DNA from: an uncultured Gemmatimonadales bacterium
GTDB taxonomy: Bacteria; Gemmatimonadota; Gemmatimonadetes; Longimicrobiales; Gaopeijiaceae
Assembly (NCBI GenBank): GCA_963809895.1
Contig: CAWELD010000003.1
Span: 2,496,001 to 2,560,000 of the forward strand
Reading direction: 5' to 3'
Length of the DNA: 64,000 bases
Shown: positions 58,699-64,000 of the stretch, one piece after another
Numbering within the stretch: position 1 is the stretch's first letter
How the letters are laid out: each line of letters starts with the position of its first letter
Translations under genes and position numbers: made by a program
Notes under the pieces: model-generated
The model's database searches: none
What the model saw: only the letters and a program-made list of their open reading frames with translations
Told to the model about the DNA's origin: nothing

Positions 58699-58976
58699 GC
58701 GTTCGCCTCGTGCTTCCGTCACAGCTCCAGGAACTCAACCGCGGACGAGGGGCGCTGGAGCTGGGTAGCCCGGTCGCCACGGTGGCCGGCGCTTTCGAGG
58801 CTCTGCGCGCCAGCCACCCAGGGCTCTACGACCGAATCGTCACCGAGCGGTTCGAGTTGCGCCCCCACGTCAACGTGTTCGTCGACGGTGAGGATATCCG
58901 CTGGTGTGGCGGGCTGGACGCTCCGGTGCGGGAGCACAGCGAGGTGATGATCCTGCCCGCGGTGAGCGGGGGCTGA
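58695..58976 (+). CDS. MoaD/ThiS-family ubiquitin-like protein
   Basis: LRPHVNVFVDGEDIR and C-terminal ILPAVSGG; ATGA overlap with the propeller gene. Confidence 0.9.
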   Translation: MSVRLVLPSQLQELNRGRGALELGSPVATVAGAFEALRASHPGLYDRIVTERFELRPHVNVFVDGEDIRWCGGLDAPVREHSEVMILPAVSGG

Positions 58977-58982
58977 GCCGAG

Positions 58983-60473
58983 TCAGGGTCCCAGGGCGTC
59001 GAGTGCGGCCTCGGTGGCCTTGAAGAGGACGCGGCGCGGGATGTCACGCTCGCGCGTCCAGCGGGTGGCGGCGGTCCAGCCGTCGGGATCGGCGCCCTGG
59101 CGGCGGTTGGCGGCCACGAGGGCGGCGACGGGCTCCGGGCCCAGCTCCGGCGGCTGCCAGCCGCCGTCGTAGTGGATCCCGCCCAGCGGATCCCGGAAGA
59201 GGGCCTGTCCCGGGCCGGTCCACTCCATGCTCCAGCCGCCCTCGTGCACGAGTCGGTGATGGAAGTAGCAGAGCAGGAGGCAGTTGCCCAGCGAGGTCTC
59301 GCCGCCGTCGGCCCAGTGCACGATGTGATGGGCGTCGGTGTAGCGGAGCCCACAGCCGGGAAAGCGGCACCCGCGGTCGCGGGCCTCCAGCGCCCGGCGC
59401 AGCGCCGGGGGGATGGTGCGGGTCTTCCGGCCCACGTTCAGGATCTGTCCGGTTTCGGGCTCGTGGGTCATGTCGACCCGCCCGGCATCGCACGCCAGTC
59501 GCCGCGACGTTTCAGCTGAAACGCGGGTGCCGTCGTCCAGCTCGGAGCGGCCGGACTCGTGGGCGTCGGCCCGGAGCGTCTCGGGCTCCACGTGGAGCAC
59601 CACCTGATAGCGCTCGGCCCGGGCGCCGCTGACCGGCGCGTTCTCGTCGCCGAAGCCGACCCCGAGCGCCCGCTCCGCCAGCAGACCCAGGGCATCGGCC
59701 CGCCGCTGGGCCGCGTCCTTCCGGCGCTCGGCGTCGGTGTCGAGCTTCGGCACCCCGTGCTCCCGGACCAGGGCGTCGCTGGCCGCGTCCAGCGCCCGCA
59801 TGAGCAGCGCGCCCAGCTCCGGCGTCAGCTCACCCCGCACCTGGTAGATGCCGTCCTCGTCGGGGAAGACCGAGACCCTGCGGTTCTCGTACCGCCAGGC
59901 CTCGAACGCGGCCTCGTCACGCCCAGAGCCCCGCTTCCAGCCCCGGACCAGCCGCTCCAGCTGCGCCGTGGTGGCCCCGCGGGCCAGCTCCAGTAGATCG
60001 GTCTCGTTTTCGGGCGTGGCCACGCGCGTGAGCGCCCGCACCTGGGAGAAGGACAGCTCGCCTCGGCCCATGGCGGCGCGGGTCGCAGGCAGCCCGGCCA
60101 GGACCCGGGCTGCGCGCACCTTCTCACGGGCCGTGCTCAGATCGATGCCGATGCGGGCCGCGAGCCAGTGGGCGCAGGAGCGGTGACCGCCCAGCTCCCA
60201 GCCGCGACGGCGGTCGAAGTCGGCGATCAGGGCCAGCATGCGCTGGGTGGCGGCGTGGATGTGGGCCGCCAGCGTGGCGATCTCGTCGCCCAGCTCCTCC
60301 AGGGCGTCGGCGTCGTCGAACGGATCGACAGGGTCGGGAGGCGCCGCGGGCGCGCCCACGGCGGCATCTTCGGGCCCACCCTCGTAGCCGTCCTCGACGG
60401 CCGCCTCGCGCACGCACCACCGCGCCCGCGTATCCCGACTCCACGCACCCCCTGCATCTGCCCACCGCACCAT
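58983..60473 (-). CDS. DUF222 + HNH endonuclease (start codon uncertain)
   Basis: RSCAHWL, GELSFSQVRALTRVA, RRLACDA, RDRGCRFPGC..DAHHIVHWADGG..NCLLLCYFHHRLVHE. Confidence 0.88.
   Translation of the reverse strand: MVRWADAGGAWSRDTRARWCVREAAVEDGYEGGPEDAAVGAPAAPPDPVDPFDDADALEELGDEIATLAAHIHAATQRMLALIADFDRRRGWELGGHRSCAHWLAARIGIDLSTAREKVRAARVLAGLPATRAAMGRGELSFSQVRALTRVATPENETDLLELARGATTAQLERLVRGWKRGSGRDEAAFEAWRYENRRVSVFPDEDGIYQVRGELTPELGALLMRALDAASDALVREHGVPKLDTDAERRKDAAQRRADALGLLAERALGVGFGDENAPVSGARAERYQVVLHVEPETLRADAHESGRSELDDGTRVSAETSRRLACDAGRVDMTHEPETGQILNVGRKTRTIPPALRRALEARDRGCRFPGCGLRYTDAHHIVHWADGGETSLGNCLLLCYFHHRLVHEGGWSMEWTGPGQALFRDPLGGIHYDGGWQPPELGPEPVAALVAANRRQGADPDGWTAATRWTRERDIPRRVLFKATEAALDALGP
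59508..59523. repeat. Perfect 16-bp parS-like palindrome inside the HNH gene
   Basis: CGTTTCAGCTGAAACG. Confidence 0.7.
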
Positions 60474-60663
60474 GACCACCGCCACCTGCGCCTCGAGAAG
60501 AGCCCCAGAACGAGGCCCACGAACCGAACACAACCCGAAACCACACCCGAAAGCTACCGCGCGAGGTGAGACATCGGCATGGCGCGATGGGACGGATTCA
60601 GGGACCGCGAAACGCGACCGGAGCCCCGCCCGCCCATCCAGACATCCCCCCGTCCCATTCATG

Positions 60664-60679
60664 CGTTTCACCTGAAACG
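60664..60679. repeat. Second copy of the parS-like palindrome upstream of the HNH gene
   Basis: CGTTTCACCTGAAACG, 15/16 identical to the copy at 59508. Confidence 0.7.
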
Positions 60680-60759
60680 CCCCGGGTGTATGACGCCTCC
60701 ACCAACTCCGCACCCGGCAGCCCTCGGAGCCGGCCGGCGAATCATCATCGGTGCATCCG

Positions 60760-61030
60760 CACGCGACCGCGCACGCCCCCGTGCTGACAACCTCGCGCGA
60801 CCCGCTCGTATGTCGCGACATGGGCTCTTGGCCCCATGATGGCACCGATGCCGGACCCGAACCGAGCAGCGCTTCTCCGGACAGGTGATTTCGGGCTCCG
60901 GCGAGCCCCTGGGGACGGTCTTGATGCCGGCCCGCTTCCGCGTCCTGGCCGTTACCGGCGATCGCGTGCTGGGGGCGCACCACGACGACTTCGATGTTCG
61001 GCGCGTCATCGTCTTTCCCCGTCACCGCGA
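60760..61030 (+). pseudogene. Decayed 3' fragment of a beta-propeller lipoprotein paralog (boundaries approximate)
   Basis: GEPLGTVLMPARF..DRVLGAHHDDFDVRRV resembles EPLGTVKLPA..LYGVVLDEYDVPSI of the next gene; stops/frameshifts upstream. Confidence 0.55.
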
Positions 61031-61150
61031 CACCGACGGCCCGACCCAGCCGCAGGGCATCGCTCGCGTTCCCGCAACGACATCGGTGCTGGCGCGTAAG
61101 CTTCTGCGAACAGGGCTGCCAGCCACGCTCCCCTACGACGAGGAAGCTCC

Positions 61151-62350
61151 ATGCGCCGCATCGCCGTCGTCCCGCTCCTGTCGCTGCTGGCCACCGCCTG
61201 CGCCGAGCCCGCGCCGGAGCCACGGAGCCAGCCCGCGCTCCACGCCGTCCGCGTCCAGACCTTCGGGGACGCCGAAGGCCCCGGCGTCCTGTCGAACGTC
61301 TTCGATGTGGACGTGTCTTCGGACGGCCGCGTCTACGCGTCCGAACCGACCCTCCAGCACGTCATGGTCTTCGCGCCGGACGGCACCTTCGAGCGGGTCC
61401 TCGGACGCGCGGGCCAGGGGCCGGGCGAGTTTCAGGCTCCCGGGAACCTGACCTGGACCGGCGACACGTTGGTGGTCTACGACTTCCAGCTCGGCGCCAA
61501 CCTCTTCGATCCCGGATTGAGCTTCGCGGGGCGGGTCAGTTTCCATGTCCAGACCGACGACAATCCGTGGTTCGGGATCCTGCCCTTCTTTCTCCTGGCG
61601 GACGGGAGTGTCATGGGGTTCGCACCGACGCCGACCTCGGCCGTGGCCTCCGGGGAGATACCCACCCAGCGATGGTTCCGCCTCTCCCGGACCGGTGACA
61701 TCCTCGACACTCTGGCGGTCCTCCCCCTGAAGGGGCAGTTCTCCGAGGTCGACTTCGGCACCCCGACACCCGCCGTGCCTGATCCGCTGCCCTCCAATCC
61801 TCTGAGCGCCATCCCTCCGGACGGGTCCTTCATCGTCCTCGTCGAGCGGGCACCGGCCACGGTGGACGGGTCACCCATTTATCGCGTAGACCGCGTCGCG
61901 CTCACCGGCGACACGGTGCGGTACGGCGATCAGGACTTCACACCGGCGAGCCTCAGCGAAGCAGAAAGGGACAGCATCGCCGAGTCCAAGGCCTCCTGGT
62001 ACGCCGACGTCCATCACATCACGCTGGAGCGGGCGACGCAGGCCCTGCGCGACCAGATCGCCTGGCCCGCCTACCGCCCCCCGGTCACCGCGGCGCTCGC
62101 AGCCACCGACGGCACCGTCTGGCTGCGCCGCGAGAAGGCGCAGGCGGACTCCATCCGCTGGGACGTGCTGGACGCCGAGCTCGAGCCTCTCGGCACCGTC
62201 AAGCTGCCGGCGGCGCTGGACGCCAAGGTCGTGATGCCCGGCTCGGCTACCACCGAGGGCGCCGGCACCGGCTGGCGCCTCTACGGCGTGGTGCTCGACG
62301 AATACGACGTGCCGTCCATCGAAGAGTGGCGGGTGACCCCGGGCCGCTGA
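61151..62350 (+). CDS. 6-bladed beta-propeller (NHL-like) lipoprotein
   Basis: Lipobox LATAC; LGRAGQGPGEF; C-terminal GVVLDEYDVP. Confidence 0.85.
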   Translation: MRRIAVVPLLSLLATACAEPAPEPRSQPALHAVRVQTFGDAEGPGVLSNVFDVDVSSDGRVYASEPTLQHVMVFAPDGTFERVLGRAGQGPGEFQAPGNLTWTGDTLVVYDFQLGANLFDPGLSFAGRVSFHVQTDDNPWFGILPFFLLADGSVMGFAPTPTSAVASGEIPTQRWFRLSRTGDILDTLAVLPLKGQFSEVDFGTPTPAVPDPLPSNPLSAIPPDGSFIVLVERAPATVDGSPIYRVDRVALTGDTVRYGDQDFTPASLSEAERDSIAESKASWYADVHHITLERATQALRDQIAWPAYRPPVTAALAATDGTVWLRREKAQADSIRWDVLDAELEPLGTVKLPAALDAKVVMPGSATTEGAGTGWRLYGVVLDEYDVPSIEEWRVTPGR

Positions 62351-62365
62351 AGCACCTGCGGCGCC

Positions 62366-64000
62366 CTATTCCGCCAGCGACACCCCGAAGCGGCGCGAGA
62401 AGTCCTCGAGGCACGCCAGCGCCAGGCGATGCTCCAGGTCCCGCTCGACCTGGAATTCGTCCAGGCCTCTCCCGAAGAGCCTGCGGCCCACGCTGTCCGG
62501 GCCCAAGCGCTCTTCGAGCCAACCGGCGAGGCACCCCCGGTGCCATTCGACGGTGGGTGTGGGGAATCCCAGCTTCGGCCAGTGACCCCAGTCCCGGGGA
62601 TAGAAGCGCGCGTGCGCCGCCCGCACCACAGGCTTGCGCACGCCCTCGTCGTCGTACACCCGGTGAGGCGGAAGGCGGAACGCCAGCTCCAGGACCGCCG
62701 GATCGACGAAGGGAAACACCGGCCGCAATCCCACGTCGTCCGCCGCCCGCGTAACCTCCTGCGTGTGCATGCGGGCCCAGGTGTACAACGACATGCGCAG
62801 CCGACTCTCGTAGACGTCCCCATCGGGGGAGCGGAAGCGCTCCTCCAACTCCGGCGCCGGCTCGCCGTCCCCGAAGACGTGGCGGTAGCGGTGGTAGAGC
62901 CCGCGATCCAGCTCCACCCGCCCCATCTGGAAGAGGCCTCGGACGGGGTCCTCCAGCAGCATCGCCCTCAGGTCGCCCAGATGACTCCGGTCCAGGGGAA
63001 GCGGTGCGGCCAGGGCACGCCGAACCGCGCCCGGGACCCACCGCTGCCATCGGGCGCGCCCCAGTGCCCTGGCGATCCGCATCCGGCTCCTCCCCCCCAG
63101 CAGCATGTCGGCCGCGGCGCCGTGCACGACGACGTCGGCATCGTCGCGGAGACGGTGCAGGGTGGCCACGACGGCGAGGAACCAGTGGTCCTTCGGCGGA
63201 GCCTCCAGCAGGCGCGTGACGTCGGAGGCGGCCGCCAGCACCTCGTCGCCCGAGAGCTCCAGGATCCGGTGCTGGATCCCCAGGTGCTCGGCGGCCTGGC
63301 GCGCGCGGGGCAGCTCGGGATCGTCCCACAGCTCCGGAGGCCATGTGGGTGTCACCGCCAGGAGATCCGGGCGGATACGCTGGGCCAGCGCCGCGAGAAG
63401 CGCCGAGTCCACACCTCCGCTCAGGAGGATCGCCGGCCGGGCAGCGCCCGACAGGGCCACGTCGAGGCTCGCCTCCAGGGCGGCCACGAGCTCGTCGGCC
63501 AGGCCCTCCACGGTCTCCTCGGAACCGGGCTCATAGCGCGGATCGTGTACCACGGAGGCGCCCTGGGATCCACCGGAACGCCAGGTCAGCGCGGTCCCCG
63601 GCAGGAGCTGTCCGATCCCCTGGACGAGGGTCCTCGCTCCTGCGCACCAACGATAGACCAGCATCTCCCGAAGCGCCGCGTCGTCGAACACCCGCCGGCC
63701 GAGCCTCGGCAGGAGCCCGGCGAGCTCGGTGCCCCACGCCGGCTCGCCGGCGTCGCGGGACTCGCCGGTCCAATAGAGAGGCCGCTGGCCCAGGGGACAC
63801 TGGACCAACGTCACCTCACCCGAACCCGCCCGCGAGACCTCCATGCCCCAGGCGCCGAAGACGTCACCGAGCGCCTCCGTGCCCGACGCTCCCACCTCCT
63901 GGAAGAGCGTATCGGGCGCCACCTCGCGCCCCCGCCGCTCGCCACGGCCCACCAACACGAAATCGACCTCTCCGGACCGGCCTCGATGGACCGGTGCGGC
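62366..64000 (-). CDS. Asparagine synthase-related protein (5'-truncated by window)
   Basis: PLGQRPLYW, LLSGGVDSALL PP-loop, FPFVDP, PKLGFPTP; frame open to the window edge. Confidence 0.8.
   Translation of the reverse strand, partial: AAPVHRGRSGEVDFVLVGRGERRGREVAPDTLFQEVGASGTEALGDVFGAWGMEVSRAGSGEVTLVQCPLGQRPLYWTGESRDAGEPAWGTELAGLLPRLGRRVFDDAALREMLVYRWCAGARTLVQGIGQLLPGTALTWRSGGSQGASVVHDPRYEPGSEETVEGLADELVAALEASLDVALSGAARPAILLSGGVDSALLAALAQRIRPDLLAVTPTWPPELWDDPELPRARQAAEHLGIQHRILELSGDEVLAAASDVTRLLEAPPKDHWFLAVVATLHRLRDDADVVVHGAAADMLLGGRSRMRIARALGRARWQRWVPGAVRRALAAPLPLDRSHLGDLRAMLLEDPVRGLFQMGRVELDRGLYHRYRHVFGDGEPAPELEERFRSPDGDVYESRLRMSLYTWARMHTQEVTRAADDVGLRPVFPFVDPAVLELAFRLPPHRVYDDEGVRKPVVRAAHARFYPRDWGHWPKLGFPTPTVEWHRGCLAGWLEERLGPDSVGRRLFGRGLDEFQVERDLEHRLALACLEDFSRRFGVSLAE

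Noticed and set aside
60474..61223. 746-aa version of the HNH ORF
   Set aside because: Extension overlaps the opposite-strand lipoprotein start and propeller remnant and does not look protein-like
1..64000. tRNA, rRNA, CRISPR arrays, transposases, integrases, prophage genes
   Set aside because: None recognised by eye; a covariance-model scan would be needed to exclude small RNAs

Overview
Very GC-rich bacterial chromosomal window (roughly 70% by eye, not computed). The gene content suggests Gemmatimonadota or a similar phylum; this is inference from the ADOP permeases with acidobacterial-type PadR, VPS10/BNR proteins, beta-propeller lipoproteins and DUF222-HNH. About 46 real CDSs are supported; most other ORFs in the track are GC-rich shadow frames. 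In order: the end of an Mrp antiporter operon, an M28 peptidase, and several envelope/exported proteins. Next is an 18.4-kb, almost fully stop/start-coupled minus-strand glycan operon (GH-A/GT2 fusion, ABC exporter, multidomain GT-sulfotransferase, GT2, GT4, repeated unusual GT-B-like units, APH-type kinase, DUF5916 protein), back-to-back with rmlD-A-C-B, each direction with a sigma54-type promoter. Then ldcA, ggt, a TerC-family gene, mpl with a coupled MacAB/Lol-type ABC system, three ADOP permeases with PadR and a large palindromic operator (one permease frameshifted), osmC, a VPS10 protein, spmAB, a nitroreductase and DUF421. The window ends with a UGA-recoded peroxiredoxin-like selenoprotein with SECIS-like hairpin, a BNR-propeller/MoaD-like pair, a DUF222-HNH gene with two parS-like palindromes beside a decayed beta-propeller gene, and a truncated asparagine-synthase-like gene. 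No rRNA, tRNA, CRISPR array or transposase was recognised. Top leads: the glycan operon with its repeated unnamed domain, the DUF222-HNH/parS-like locus, the hidden selenoprotein and the BNR-MoaD pair.
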